Origin: a virus
Reading direction: 5' to 3' (one strand)
Length of the DNA stretch: 64,000 nucleotides
Virus record (IMG/VR): IMGVR_UViG_3300028920_000057
Span: 24,897 to 88,896 of that record
Below, in pieces: positions 21,501 to 31,205 of the stretch. Each line of letters begins with the position of its first letter. The first letter of the stretch is position 1. The translations under genes and the position numbers were made by a program. Below the pieces are notes generated by a model. That model did not search any database and was not told where the DNA came from. It worked only from the letters and a program-made list of their open reading frames with translations.

Positions 21501-24141
21501 AATTAAATGCAGTCAGCAATTCTCGTTTTACTTTCCTGGGTATGTTTCTTTGGCGAGCCATTCTTAATATAGCCCTCTCGGGAGATTTGCCTTTATACGT
21601 CTCTAAGAATTGTTCTGCCGTTTTAGGAAATTCACCTTTAAGTTTATCTCCTCCGAAATGCCTCCCGTACAACTCAACAAAAGCATCTCGGCCTGTCTTG
21701 TATCTTCCTCGGACCTTTAATTTTCTAGTCTGAGTTTGAGCAACAGAACGAGCATGTATCCGAGCATCTCTTCGGGGAGTACTTGCGCGATACAAAGGAG
21801 CGCCTCCAACTCCGCCAGCCTGCTCGGCAGTAGCTCTTGTCTTAGTCAATACAATGCCTTCTGCTTCGTTTATCAGCTTTTCGTCTACCGCATGAACTGC
21901 TGCGACGGGAATCCTTCTCCTCCCCTTTATATCTCTTTGAGCATAGAAACCTTCTGGATCACCATAGATTTCTTCGAAAAAGCCTACATTACCTTTCAAC
22001 TTTTCTTTGGGGCCTACTCTGTTCTGTTCAGCAGTAGCCTTGATTTCATCAATGACGACTGCGGGAGACTCTGTCAAGTCTTCACCATAGGTCCATGTCG
22101 CCCTAACTTCCTCAGACAAAGATCCCTGTGTATGCTTTAGTGAAACAAGTCCAGTATGAAGGGCTCGAATTTCTTTTGCTACATACTCTTCTGTTTCACC
22201 TGCTACTTGTCTGGTCTCAATAATCTGAGCTAACAAAGCCCCTTTCTTGGCAAAGACGTCTCGATCAAGAGCTTCTTTTCTTAGAACTCTAAGGGTCTGC
22301 GTCTGAGGATCGATACCCCAACGATTAAAAGTCTCTGTTGTCTTTGTTAGTATTGAAGGATCTAAATAAGGGTTGACCTGAAACATTCCTGACGCTTTAT
22401 TGGCTACAGTCGGAGACCCAATAGCTCCTAAAGAAAACTCTGGTACCAACAGGGGGAAATCAGCAGCTTGAGCTCGAGCCCATTTATTGTACTGACTCGT
22501 ATACTCTGCTACAGACATCTTCCCAAAAACAATGTCGCGACCCATCTCTTTGAAGCCCCAAGCGCGTCCTTGTTCTGTAATTGTTTTTCCTTTTCTTGCC
22601 AAGCCAACTAAATAGTCAACAAACTCCTCTTGATAAGCACCGTGTACAAAGGCAACACCAGCTTGCATGTGAGGAGTCGCTTTGTAACCAACGTTACGAG
22701 ACAATGCGCTAACCAATTTTCCGTACAAACCTCCCGCTTTCTTTGGAGAGGCTACAGATATATCTATTCCCATCTTTCTGGCCGCACGCAGTTTAAGTCC
22801 TGCTTGACCCGTTAGATTCCATGATGTCGTGTTAGCCAGGGCTTTGGCTGGGCCTTCTCGCTGATAAGTCCTCTCTGATAGACCGAAAAACTCATGAATG
22901 GACATCTGATTCTCAAATAGAATAGAAGATGTAGTTCCGCTAAACAGTTTTTGCATCCTGCTACCAACCGCTCGATTCCACATATCTATCGCTTCACTAG
23001 TCGCTCCGACCATAGTCTTATCTTTTAAAATATAACCACTCTTGCTTTTTTGTAAAACCTGACCATATGTACTGATTTCATCTCTTGTAAACGCAGGCAG
23101 TATCCGATGGATGTCTGAAGTCGGGTCAGACATCTGCTCGCCAAGCACATTAAATGCCTTCTCTGCGTTTAGAACAACCTCGCCTTTTTTGTTCACGTCT
23201 TGAAGATCTTCGAACACGATTCGAGCGGAATGCAAGACCTGTTCTATAGCTCCCAGCTTATCGCTGACTTGTCTCTGTCGTGGTCTGGATGGCTCGTAGA
23301 ACTTCTGAAATCTATCTACTAGCGATCCTTTTAATCGCTTAAACTTCCCTGCGGCTGAAGAAGCATCTCTCCATTCATCAGAATTGATCGCCTTAAATAC
23401 CTGAGCCAAGACGGCTTCATTGTATGGCATCAGCACAGCACTTTTACCAGCCTGGGTGGCAGACAATCCAAACCCCTCAAGGCCTTCGGTAGCCACAAAG
23501 CCCGCAATCGGAGCCACGTTCATACCCCTACCATAAGAGCCGAAAACTCCTGTAATAAACGGTAAGCGAGTTTCGCCAATAGTTCTATCTCCTATAGAGG
23601 CTCGTAGCGACATAGAGAAAGTAGCGCCAGCTAAAGCATCTTCTTTCCCAGATCTTGCTAAGGTATTAATGGCTCTTTTGCTTAGGCTTGAATCAAGAAC
23701 AAACTCAAATTGTACACCAGTGTCTTTTTGTATCTGGGCAAATTGTTTCTGCACATTCTCCAGCTGTCTTACGTAGTTCTTGGCATGTTCAGACCCCGTT
23801 CTGAGTCCTTTGACATCTATGAAATCGATAAGATCTTTATTTTGATCGACCGTATATTCTGCTATCTGCTGTTGGATCCTGGCAATTTCTTTAACGTCTG
23901 TAATAGAGACTCCTCCGACGGGTCTGGCTTCTATATCTGGACGCAACTCGATGTCTCGAGTATATTTACTGGGTTGCCTGACAACACTAGTTACACCTTT
24001 GATAGGCCTGGACGCGGCTCGAGATGCAAGCATAGACTTCTGCTCCCGACCAATGGCTTTACCAGTGATCAGAGTGTCGGCCTCCTTTGCTGCTTGGACC
24101 ATCTCTTCAAACATATCTATCTTAAAACGCGCTTTGGCCAT
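18568..24141 (-). CDS. Putative virion-associated single-chain two-barrel (DPBB) DNA-dependent RNA polymerase (1857 aa)
   Basis: Beta'-like motifs in canonical order: MRGKGGSIAKAF (cf. LKGKQGRFRQNL), TVFINP, GIYRRWPDL (RxP, 20386-20397) and GDFDFD (DxDxD, 20266-20280) about 38 residues later. Located inside the tail module. Confidence 0.7.
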   Translation of the reverse strand: MAKARFKIDMFEEMVQAAKEADTLITGKAIGREQKSMLASRAASRPIKGVTSVVRQPSKYTRDIELRPDIEARPVGGVSITDVKEIARIQQQIAEYTVDQNKDLIDFIDVKGLRTGSEHAKNYVRQLENVQKQFAQIQKDTGVQFEFVLDSSLSKRAINTLARSGKEDALAGATFSMSLRASIGDRTIGETRLPFITGVFGSYGRGMNVAPIAGFVATEGLEGFGLSATQAGKSAVLMPYNEAVLAQVFKAINSDEWRDASSAAGKFKRLKGSLVDRFQKFYEPSRPRQRQVSDKLGAIEQVLHSARIVFEDLQDVNKKGEVVLNAEKAFNVLGEQMSDPTSDIHRILPAFTRDEISTYGQVLQKSKSGYILKDKTMVGATSEAIDMWNRAVGSRMQKLFSGTTSSILFENQMSIHEFFGLSERTYQREGPAKALANTTSWNLTGQAGLKLRAARKMGIDISVASPKKAGGLYGKLVSALSRNVGYKATPHMQAGVAFVHGAYQEEFVDYLVGLARKGKTITEQGRAWGFKEMGRDIVFGKMSVAEYTSQYNKWARAQAADFPLLVPEFSLGAIGSPTVANKASGMFQVNPYLDPSILTKTTETFNRWGIDPQTQTLRVLRKEALDRDVFAKKGALLAQIIETRQVAGETEEYVAKEIRALHTGLVSLKHTQGSLSEEVRATWTYGEDLTESPAVVIDEIKATAEQNRVGPKEKLKGNVGFFEEIYGDPEGFYAQRDIKGRRRIPVAAVHAVDEKLINEAEGIVLTKTRATAEQAGGVGGAPLYRASTPRRDARIHARSVAQTQTRKLKVRGRYKTGRDAFVELYGRHFGGDKLKGEFPKTAEQFLETYKGKSPERAILRMARQRNIPRKVKRELLTAFNLWQTEMSEQATMGTFSPMKTTFRDQLMITGRAFGSEGGMAAYVYRQSQLREAIIKGSNAKYLRGAMMQVDTALPFFQGDYLDVMRKAGRVIDIDVGAASDETMRGARMLSKFFEVKSNPLDQDSPETLRELFKDASKRLGHRRPKDTDAATMGFRMKFSNRADFTDEFLDTIMTRSEFWTGRRAMILKQVFERGIGFASNEELMRNLDEKAFGMPALKTRAKIYNAAVEFAESLADKSLSLDERIAHAQVLTETIENEFKSTMGNAMRGKGGSIAKAFWIEEEGAIVHPMQIGAVHKKGTRAFRLANKIAHEFRTGQYTGDLRQLLKSSKGARQIAEDLATVFINPDDMKEFMRGTGMKDTDKAFGIYRRWPDLSTTNQQVVRLISDPQVARGKAAVGGLLIELAKGDFDFDMGSLTFLPTGRTASNAMRRLVDKGFQATQQEMLGELQYYATGYQTLKAVRELSADVERDELARIINRVSAEEDRIRAQMRQSGEPMRPENIKAKTKVDAQLHKIKQAYRRQFGALDNKWERIIKGQLEYGLETGKVSNLSARVLAAVSGEALEQGALFGEAAGWVTETGIKKKELLPGLYDALSFTLSEARIREFKDTKAINNALRAKGMYALLQKMERGHTLGAQERTDFIDSFKASLGRRITDEDIKLAGVNTHLGKLLSEHKGKFMLDIGDQALPNEAFLSLTEKVSKGKEHMYLLDDERFGGMADILREVLAKRTADTPGKLKEIESGADLLAKTMRVLTSKQAKGESAEYVSELFYRTQEYLAKHKLDDLAPEAGIPLLHAVQAAVGVGVADPDMARSAFRDSMKKAVESGRASKDAQEKILEATTRAAGKAKEGKLINTILSRSLIPEGRGAIAGLVAFAGGVAMAGMFGDTGELLPPTPVQEVDPSVTQRAITAPPAYLHQQSAIGSRMVANGYSSDVPGVVNMMNTAGMTGSVNVNDNMTNDINFMYSHHQRNTGRF

Positions 24142-27100
24142 TAAAATCTCCCTGAGTACCTATACTTATAAGCGTCAAAAGTTGACCTGCGATCATACAT
24201 TATATCAATATTGGCGTGATTGTCACCTACGGCTCCCACGGTTGGCATGGAGCTTATTTGCATATTGTTAATAGGCATGGAATATGATGCTGCAATCATT
24301 TCGTCACCAATCGTAGCCATATTTGGCAATGTGATTAGGTTTTTTATGTAAGGTCGCGATCTATCTAAGTCTCGCTCGTCGGCTCCCCAGAATCCATAAT
24401 CATGGACATCTCTGCCGTCGAACTGGACAGACGCCAGTTTAATATCATCAAGAGAGACATCTGGTCTCCATCCGGCCCAGCCTGGCCCAGGCATAGGAGT
24501 TCCCGCAACAGACGCCTGCGATTGCTGAAGAGCCTGCATATTTGCTCCCAGACTGCCACCCCTGGCTTGCCATATCTTTTGAAGCATTGGAGCCATATAA
24601 TCTGGAACTTCCCTTAGAATGTCCTCGTGATACTCAGAGGGAGCGTGAGAGAAGTCCAGAAGAAAACGGCGATCCGCCTTCGGTAAAGCGAGATATGCAT
24701 TTTCTATAAATTCTTGATTTGCACTTCCGTAATCCAGTCCTCTCATGGTTCGACCATGTATTTTGTCCAAACGAGCCACAACATCATTCCTGCCCGCTCT
24801 CTGAGCTATATCAGATAGAACTTCGACCTTTTGAGCCTTCATGCTGTCAAAATATGTTTCTATTTCACGACGGCGCTGTTCTTTCTCCCAGTGGTCTCCG
24901 GTGTTAAGTAGATTAGAAACGACGCCTGCTCCCATACCTCCTATTCCTAAAACCATTGCGCTATACGGGTCTCGACCCAAAACAGCAAAAGCAGCACCAG
25001 AAGTAGCTGAATCAATCACATCTCGAGAAGCCATCTGTCTCATATATGGAATCAGCATGGAATCTATCGGCTGAGTCCAATCGTAGAAATCATCACCCAC
25101 AGTTATTCTGTCTCTATAGAGGTCTAGAGGAGTCTGTCTCTGATAGAGTTTAGAAAAAGCATAAGGAATATGAGGTAAGGATGGCTTGAGTCCCATCGTC
25201 CAGCTGGTCGAGGGATTTACAGAGAAGGCCGCAGAATGGTCTGTCTTAATTAATGTGCTGGGCTGCCCTTGGCCTCCCATAAATGGAGATCCCGGAAATA
25301 CCTGAAAGCCACCTGAAGCGTTGTATCCGTTATGAAAGTTAGATACCATTGGGTTTATTTCATCGCGAGTTCTCATTCCAGGTAGAAAACGGCGAAGCAA
25401 CTCTGTTGAACCTATAGCTCCTCCCAGATCCATATCATAATAAGCCCTACTTGTAGAATAAAGGTCTGTCGCATTTTGCCAACGCCGACCTTCAGCAAAA
25501 AAGTCCGACGTACCCGTTAGCTGCTTCTTAGCAAAGCCAATAATAAACCCGCGCATCCCCCAAAAGGTCTTAATTCGATCAAGAGTCTGTCCTGCAGCAT
25601 CTAAAAGGCTGGGAACTCTAGGTACTGTAAAACCAGGATTGATAGTCTCATATCCAAGCTCGCTCGCTATTTGCTGAAGTTCGTCTTTTTTACCTCTCTT
25701 CTGAATAAAGTCTCGAATAGCATGACCATGCATTATCTTTGTAGGTTTTAGTCCCTCACCTATAGTCGCCCCAAGTAGAGGACCAATTATAGGTACGTCC
25801 GTAAAGAGCTGGCCCGTAAGAGGGTACGGCTGATTATAATAATTTCTGCGCTCTGTATAGTACGGATCGGTTCCCGGAAGTCCTGTCCAAGAGGTTAGAG
25901 GAGTTCTCAAAGGAAGGGTTAAGGGAGATACATTGAGAAAATATGCGCCTTTGCCCCCATAGATATCATATGGCTGATCTTCCATCTGCCTGGCAATGTA
26001 ATGCTTACGCATTCTAGTTATATCACCACCAGCATAATCTTGAGGGCCAAGACCCCACCACCTGTTCTCTCGTATGGGAACCAGCTTCTCTCCCATATAC
26101 TCAGCCCGCAGATCTCTCCAATCCTTCATTGTAGCAGAGGTTCCTAAAGCCAAACCTCCTACAACGGCACCAACCATCCCACCTCGAGTTTTAGCTGTAG
26201 CTTGCCCGATATCGCTTAGAATTCCTCTGTTTGCGGCGCGCTTTGAAGCCAGCCTCTTACCTATGGCGCCTCCAACAGCAATGCCGGCAAGGCCTCTAAA
26301 CGCATATCCAAGGAATGAATCTGGCAAACCTGGGAAAACAGCGTCTACGCCTTCGGCTACTGGCGTCATAGTATAGTTGGTAATTGCTTGCTGGCCGACC
26401 TTAAGAGTCCCGTAGGTGGCTAATGCAGATTTCTTCAGTCCTACATCACCAAATGGATTCGCTTTTTCTACCAGATAATCAAAGAAGTGAAGACCTTCCC
26501 ATGCGAGATATGCCCCAACTCCTGTTAACGCTGCCGCTCCCAAGAATTGCATTGGCCCCATAGGCTTAACACCTAAGCCGGTAAGAGCTTCGATTAACCT
26601 TACTGTGGTTTGAGATCCTTGTGCAGCCTTAATCTTCAGGCTGTTCATAAAGCCGCCTTCGTAGGCCATGTACTGAGCTGAAACAGGACTACTCGGCTTC
26701 AGTCCTCGGAACGCATTTTGTCTACGCTGCTTAGGGCTCGGGTCTACCTTTCCAAAAGGACTGGCTTCACGCCCAGACTGCACTCTCCTGAGCCTGCGCA
26801 GTCTTTCCATACTAATTCTACCCTTCTGAGTCCGGGCAAGAATTAGCTCTTCTTCCGTTAAGTGCGCGTATTGGCTTGTCTCAATCCCAAGCTTATTCGC
26901 AATTCTTTCGAATAAGTCTAGCTGGTCTTCTCCTTTTACAAAGCCTCGCTTGGGATGCCAGACTATTCCTTCCGCACCAGAGTATTTTGGATGTGGCGTG
27001 GTTTTCCCGAAGCGTTTGAACCAGTCAAATATTTTACCGTATACAGTCTTAGGTTCTACTGCGTGTCTTGAGGAATAGACATCTAATCCCTTGCTGGTCA

Positions 27101-28259
27101 GCCATTCGTCAACAGAGGCGGTAAGAGGAGTAGCTCCGGTGTCTGCATTATATACAAAATTTAGTCTACGCCCTGTCGCTCCCTCGATCAACTCATTTAA
27201 AGAGGGTCCTCCTCCTATTTTTTTATTAAAGATAGCTTCGAGTATTGGGTGGTCATAGAACCCTTTTTCAATAAGACCTTTTCTAGTCCTGCCGGTTGCA
27301 GCGTCTTTATATCCTCTTAAAGGCTTTGTGGAAGCATACCGCTCGTCCATAGAAGCGATGCCGCGTGCAGCAGAAGAATCTGTAGCATATATCTTATAGC
27401 CACTGCCGAGCTTCTGTAGCTCACCCTCTCTAATAGAGAACAGTTCGTCGTCAATAATAAAGCCTTGCTCTGGCTCAAACCCGAGCATCGCCATATTCTT
27501 CGCACTAAGACGTGCAGTAAGAGGTCCTTCTCCTGAAAAGATAAAATCTAAAGGATTGCCAACAAAGGGATAGCGGAGTCTTTCAGTTAAAGCCTTTTGA
27601 ATACTTCCCGCAGTAAAGGCTTCCGTTATAACTCCTTCTTTTCTATTAAGAAATACTCCTCGGTCTATGATCTCTTCGCCAGTCAGCAGAGGATCTGCTT
27701 TGCGACGCATTTGCTTCATTGCTATAAGATCTAGCTCGTCCATCTCCCTGCCAAAGATGGTAACGGTCTCCCTGCCGCCTCCGATAGGCTTGGCTGCTCC
27801 TGCTCCGACTCTCTCGTATTCCGATACAACGTGCTCTACGTTTAGGTACTCATATCCCTCTGGCAAGTTCGTATGTAAGCCCTCGGGTCTGGAGAATCTT
27901 CTCTTGATGGCTTTTTTGAGATTCCTCTGAAGCTGTTGTCTTACAGAGTCTGGAGTAGACATAAATTGTGTGTATTGCCTACTTATCTCTGGTAGTAAGC
28001 CCCGAGAAAATGTCCTAGTAGAACTAAGAGAGGAAAGAGATTCACGAAAGTTGTGACCCAGTCGGCCCAGCTTCATAGACAGAGGCTCTAACATATACCT
28101 TGCATCGGCAAATGCTCCTGCCGTAGACTGTCTTAGAGCTCTGTAAGCTCCAATACCCAGGCCTACCCCAATCAGAGTGGCTCCAATCTTTAATGCCGCA
28201 CCCACCCCATCGGGCTGTTGAGGTCTTTCAGGATATGCTGTTGGATCATAAGGAGGCAT
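24141..28259 (-). CDS. Tape-measure-like / ejected virion protein (1372 aa)
   Basis: Follows tube genes and two chaperone-like genes; basic, Gly/Ala-rich, several hydrophobic segments. Confidence 0.55.
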   Translation of the reverse strand: MPPYDPTAYPERPQQPDGVGAALKIGATLIGVGLGIGAYRALRQSTAGAFADARYMLEPLSMKLGRLGHNFRESLSSLSSTRTFSRGLLPEISRQYTQFMSTPDSVRQQLQRNLKKAIKRRFSRPEGLHTNLPEGYEYLNVEHVVSEYERVGAGAAKPIGGGRETVTIFGREMDELDLIAMKQMRRKADPLLTGEEIIDRGVFLNRKEGVITEAFTAGSIQKALTERLRYPFVGNPLDFIFSGEGPLTARLSAKNMAMLGFEPEQGFIIDDELFSIREGELQKLGSGYKIYATDSSAARGIASMDERYASTKPLRGYKDAATGRTRKGLIEKGFYDHPILEAIFNKKIGGGPSLNELIEGATGRRLNFVYNADTGATPLTASVDEWLTSKGLDVYSSRHAVEPKTVYGKIFDWFKRFGKTTPHPKYSGAEGIVWHPKRGFVKGEDQLDLFERIANKLGIETSQYAHLTEEELILARTQKGRISMERLRRLRRVQSGREASPFGKVDPSPKQRRQNAFRGLKPSSPVSAQYMAYEGGFMNSLKIKAAQGSQTTVRLIEALTGLGVKPMGPMQFLGAAALTGVGAYLAWEGLHFFDYLVEKANPFGDVGLKKSALATYGTLKVGQQAITNYTMTPVAEGVDAVFPGLPDSFLGYAFRGLAGIAVGGAIGKRLASKRAANRGILSDIGQATAKTRGGMVGAVVGGLALGTSATMKDWRDLRAEYMGEKLVPIRENRWWGLGPQDYAGGDITRMRKHYIARQMEDQPYDIYGGKGAYFLNVSPLTLPLRTPLTSWTGLPGTDPYYTERRNYYNQPYPLTGQLFTDVPIIGPLLGATIGEGLKPTKIMHGHAIRDFIQKRGKKDELQQIASELGYETINPGFTVPRVPSLLDAAGQTLDRIKTFWGMRGFIIGFAKKQLTGTSDFFAEGRRWQNATDLYSTSRAYYDMDLGGAIGSTELLRRFLPGMRTRDEINPMVSNFHNGYNASGGFQVFPGSPFMGGQGQPSTLIKTDHSAAFSVNPSTSWTMGLKPSLPHIPYAFSKLYQRQTPLDLYRDRITVGDDFYDWTQPIDSMLIPYMRQMASRDVIDSATSGAAFAVLGRDPYSAMVLGIGGMGAGVVSNLLNTGDHWEKEQRRREIETYFDSMKAQKVEVLSDIAQRAGRNDVVARLDKIHGRTMRGLDYGSANQEFIENAYLALPKADRRFLLDFSHAPSEYHEDILREVPDYMAPMLQKIWQARGGSLGANMQALQQSQASVAGTPMPGPGWAGWRPDVSLDDIKLASVQFDGRDVHDYGFWGADERDLDRSRPYIKNLITLPNMATIGDEMIAASYSMPINNMQISSMPTVGAVGDNHANIDIMYDRRSTFDAYKYRYSGRF

Positions 28260-28270
28260 AGATATTCTCC

Positions 28271-28912
28271 CTATTTAGTCTTCGAGGGATCGGCTGTCTT
28301 AATGTCAAAGGAGGCTTGTGACTCTCGGTTGATAAACTCTATACCAGAGATCAGCTCCATGATCTCAAAACAATTGAGATCATCAAGACTCGAAAGAGAT
28401 AGGGCTGGCAGCCATTTACGTATAAACCAGTCCATACCCTTTTCAACGTCCCCTCTCTCGAGAGTCTCGCGAGCCATATTCTTAACTTCGCAGATAGCCT
28501 CGATAGAGTGGAAGCCACTGCTTTCAAGAAGGATTTGTTTAATTTTACTGTCTATCCCCGCCTTGAGATTATTTGAAAACTCCGGGTCGTCAAATATTTC
28601 TCTGGTAGGATAGAAGATGTTGTCGCTGAATACATCGTAGATATCATATGCCGGGCCGACCATTCTTTCTACTGTCTCATAGATTTTAAATTGTCTTCTT
28701 GTTAGAGGACTGTAAATTAAATCTATATCATTGACCTTACAGTAAAAAACATAGCTATGTTTCTTTCTGGCTTCTACGATATATTTTGTGAGATAAGAAG
28801 GGACAGTTCCATTGTTCGACTGTCCCATAATGTCGACTATAGAATGAGAGAGAGCGTCGTCAGTTGCGTCGCCCCCCGTCATGAATTCTTGTATCAAAGA
28901 TTCTTGATTCAC
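28271..28912 (-). CDS. Tail assembly chaperone-like protein 2
   Basis: Position before the tape-measure-like gene; LIYSPLTRRQF resembles YIYRPIMRPEH of the upstream gene (likely paralogues). Confidence 0.5.
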   Translation of the reverse strand: MNQESLIQEFMTGGDATDDALSHSIVDIMGQSNNGTVPSYLTKYIVEARKKHSYVFYCKVNDIDLIYSPLTRRQFKIYETVERMVGPAYDIYDVFSDNIFYPTREIFDDPEFSNNLKAGIDSKIKQILLESSGFHSIEAICEVKNMARETLERGDVEKGMDWFIRKWLPALSLSSLDDLNCFEIMELISGIEFINRESQASFDIKTADPSKTK

Positions 28913-28914
28913 GT

Positions 28915-29514
28915 CTACAGCTTAATAGGTTGAACATCCACATGACCAAAATCACTAGAACTTAGGATAGTGTTACATAACGTAGAGCTTGTACCAGCTC
29001 GCGTCCCTCGGCCACCGTCGCGGAGATCAAATGGCGTAAGTCTTGGAAATAGAGTGCACGAGCAGACAATCTTCTCTTCAATTTGCTCACGATTGATACC
29101 TTCTGTGTTCACGATCTTTCTATGCTCTGGCCTCATAATGGGGCGATAGATATATATACCGCTTGGCAGCTCTACAAAATAGATATCTTGATATTGCTCT
29201 TTCAGCTGCAGAATTAGCTCTGGAGGACAATCATCTGGCAGATAAGGTAAAAGCTCTAAGAGCCATTGGGGATACTCGATTCTACTGTCTTCTTGAGGTG
29301 CAAGAGGATCGATGGGTTCCTGTTGTTGCATCTGGGCTGAAGGTTGGGGAGTCTGAAGAAGAACATTCTCTCCCGATCCCATTTCTGAGGATAGTGCCTG
29401 CATATCTGCATTAAGATCTGCTTTTCCGTGATCCGCAGTCAAATCAACCGGGGGTGCTTCCGGTACTACCGGAGTTTCGCTCTTCTGAGCTCTTTTTGGT
29501 GGGTTAAGTTTCAT
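28915..29514 (-). CDS. Tail assembly chaperone-like protein 1
   Basis: I..LKEQY.DIY....IYIYRPI.R.E...E..IV..C.LFP...AG..STL...I...S.F pattern; position after the tube genes; GGGAG RBS. Confidence 0.6.
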   Translation of the reverse strand: MKLNPPKRAQKSETPVVPEAPPVDLTADHGKADLNADMQALSSEMGSGENVLLQTPQPSAQMQQQEPIDPLAPQEDSRIEYPQWLLELLPYLPDDCPPELILQLKEQYQDIYFVELPSGIYIYRPIMRPEHRKIVNTEGINREQIEEKIVCSCTLFPRLTPFDLRDGGRGTRAGTSSTLCNTILSSSDFGHVDVQPIKL

Positions 29515-29526
29515 GCTGTGTCTCCC

Positions 29527-30528
29527 TTAAACAATAGTTTTAGCAAAAAATGAGTAGGCTTCTTTAATGTTTTCTCGGTCGCCTACATGAACCGATGTCG
29601 CCTCTGTATTGAAGTAACAATCCCTAAGTACCTTACGGTGCTTTCCGTCTGCACCGAATTCAATTTCGATATCTATTTTATGACCATTATTATACATGTC
29701 ATCAAAAAACGAGCTCCCTACTAAAGATTTCTTGTATTTTTCAATCGTGACAGGCGATTCGGGAGGCTTAACGGCTTTCTCGTTAATTCCATTATTGATA
29801 ATATTGGAATTAGTTTTATTCTCTTCAATCCGATATTCTATATCGTTTGCGATACTGGCGAGGTTATTGTAATTATCTTTTAGATCCTGATCTGCCGGAG
29901 TCGAATCGGTATTCTCCAGGATGTCGATTCTGTCGCTAATCTCGTTGATCGCATTACTAAAATCCTCTCGCAAATAGTTGACGATCCGAACGGAAGAATC
30001 ATACTCATTGCCTCCTTGCTCTGAATCTAGATAGGCTTGAGTATTCGAGAGATACAGAGTATTCTCTTGCTGAAGAGACGTCAACACAACCCTCAACGTA
30101 GGCACGCTCCAGAGAGGACCAATCAATCTGCTACTCCCTCTGCCTAACACTTTTTGTAGGGCAGACAAAAAGACTAAGCCACTTCTGTGGTTTGCGCTAT
30201 TTGCACCGTAAGTGTCTTCCAGTAACGCCTGCTCTTCTCTAGACAGGCCTTCTTCTAGAACTTCGGGTGCTCCGAGACTATACAATAGAACGGCGGCTAT
30301 AGAATCCTTATAATTCTTATTGACCATCAGCATTCCGCTAACCAATTCTCTTCCAGAAGTAACTGCGGCGAATTGCTTATCTCTATACCCATAGAGGGGG
30401 ATCTTCTGGTTTGATGCCTCATAAGTTATGCCGCAAGCATCGTCCATTAATATCGAAGGACGGCCCTGTACGCGGATATAGATAGCTATATCTGGCACCA
30501 TAAAATAAGGAGTTTTAGCTTTACTCAT
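29527..30528 (-). CDS. Tail tube-like / tube initiator protein (third paralogue)
   Basis: GITYEASNQKIPLYGY...AVTSGRELVSGML and the C-terminal E.YSFFAK parallel the tube proteins. Confidence 0.6.
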   Translation of the reverse strand: MSKAKTPYFMVPDIAIYIRVQGRPSILMDDACGITYEASNQKIPLYGYRDKQFAAVTSGRELVSGMLMVNKNYKDSIAAVLLYSLGAPEVLEEGLSREEQALLEDTYGANSANHRSGLVFLSALQKVLGRGSSRLIGPLWSVPTLRVVLTSLQQENTLYLSNTQAYLDSEQGGNEYDSSVRIVNYLREDFSNAINEISDRIDILENTDSTPADQDLKDNYNNLASIANDIEYRIEENKTNSNIINNGINEKAVKPPESPVTIEKYKKSLVGSSFFDDMYNNGHKIDIEIEFGADGKHRKVLRDCYFNTEATSVHVGDRENIKEAYSFFAKTIV

Positions 30529-31150
30529 TGGTTATTTTCTCGTATAGCCCATTAACAGTATTCACGCCTATGCGTACGTCATTTATAAGCTGTGTCGCAT
30601 CCATTCCGAAGTCCAGATATTCTCTTGCAACATAGCTGTAGGTCTGTTCTGTGTATATATCATTTATAGATACGACAGTTCCGCTATCCATTAGGCTCAC
30701 ACCTATCAGATATGCGGACGAAGTATCTACTCCGTACTCGTTAGATTGTGATAATTGAACATTAAACGGCAGGGTTCTATCGAACGATCTGAAGCCGCGA
30801 ACATCCAAATGTGCAGATTCAACATAGTTCTTAAAAAGATCCTGAATCTTATCTTTATGTATCTTTACAAAAACTATTGTTCCGCTGACAGTACGTGTTC
30901 CTTTTTTGTATGTCTTCGGAGAGTCGTATCCAATAGCTCTTACAGGAGCCAAATCTCTATGTGCAGAGATAGATATAGTCTGCAGATTTCCTATTGTATA
31001 GTACGCACCGAGGACTGCATTCTCGCCATCAGCAGGGATTACATCTAGGGGGTTGACAGAAATTGAGGCAACAATGTCGGTACCGGAAAAGGAGTTGTAG
31101 TGGGCTGCTTTATTGATATTATTATCATCTGTAGTATTAACCGTCATCAC
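30521..31150 (-). CDS. Tail tube-like protein (second paralogue)
   Basis: SFSGTDIVA, GNLQTISISAHR..APV..IG...P..Y.KG.RTVSG.IVF, LPFNV.LS..NEYG and YSYVARE align by eye with 31206..31853. Confidence 0.7.
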   Translation of the reverse strand: MMTVNTTDDNNINKAAHYNSFSGTDIVASISVNPLDVIPADGENAVLGAYYTIGNLQTISISAHRDLAPVRAIGYDSPKTYKKGTRTVSGTIVFVKIHKDKIQDLFKNYVESAHLDVRGFRSFDRTLPFNVQLSQSNEYGVDTSSAYLIGVSLMDSGTVVSINDIYTEQTYSYVAREYLDFGMDATQLINDVRIGVNTVNGLYEKITNE

Positions 31151-31162
31151 TACTCCCTAAGT

Positions 31163-31197
31163 AAAAAAAACAGCCGGCCTATAAGAGACCGGCTGTT
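31163..31197 (-). terminator. Intrinsic terminator after the major tube gene
   Basis: Minus strand AACAGCCGG-tctcttatagg-CCGGCTGTT followed by a T run, just after the tube stop codon. Confidence 0.75.
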
Positions 31198-31205
31198 CGT
31201 ATCTG

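Noticed and set aside
28271-29514. Programmed -1 frameshift between the tail chaperones
   Set aside because: No slippery heptamer near the first stop, and the second ORF looks like a separate paralogue.
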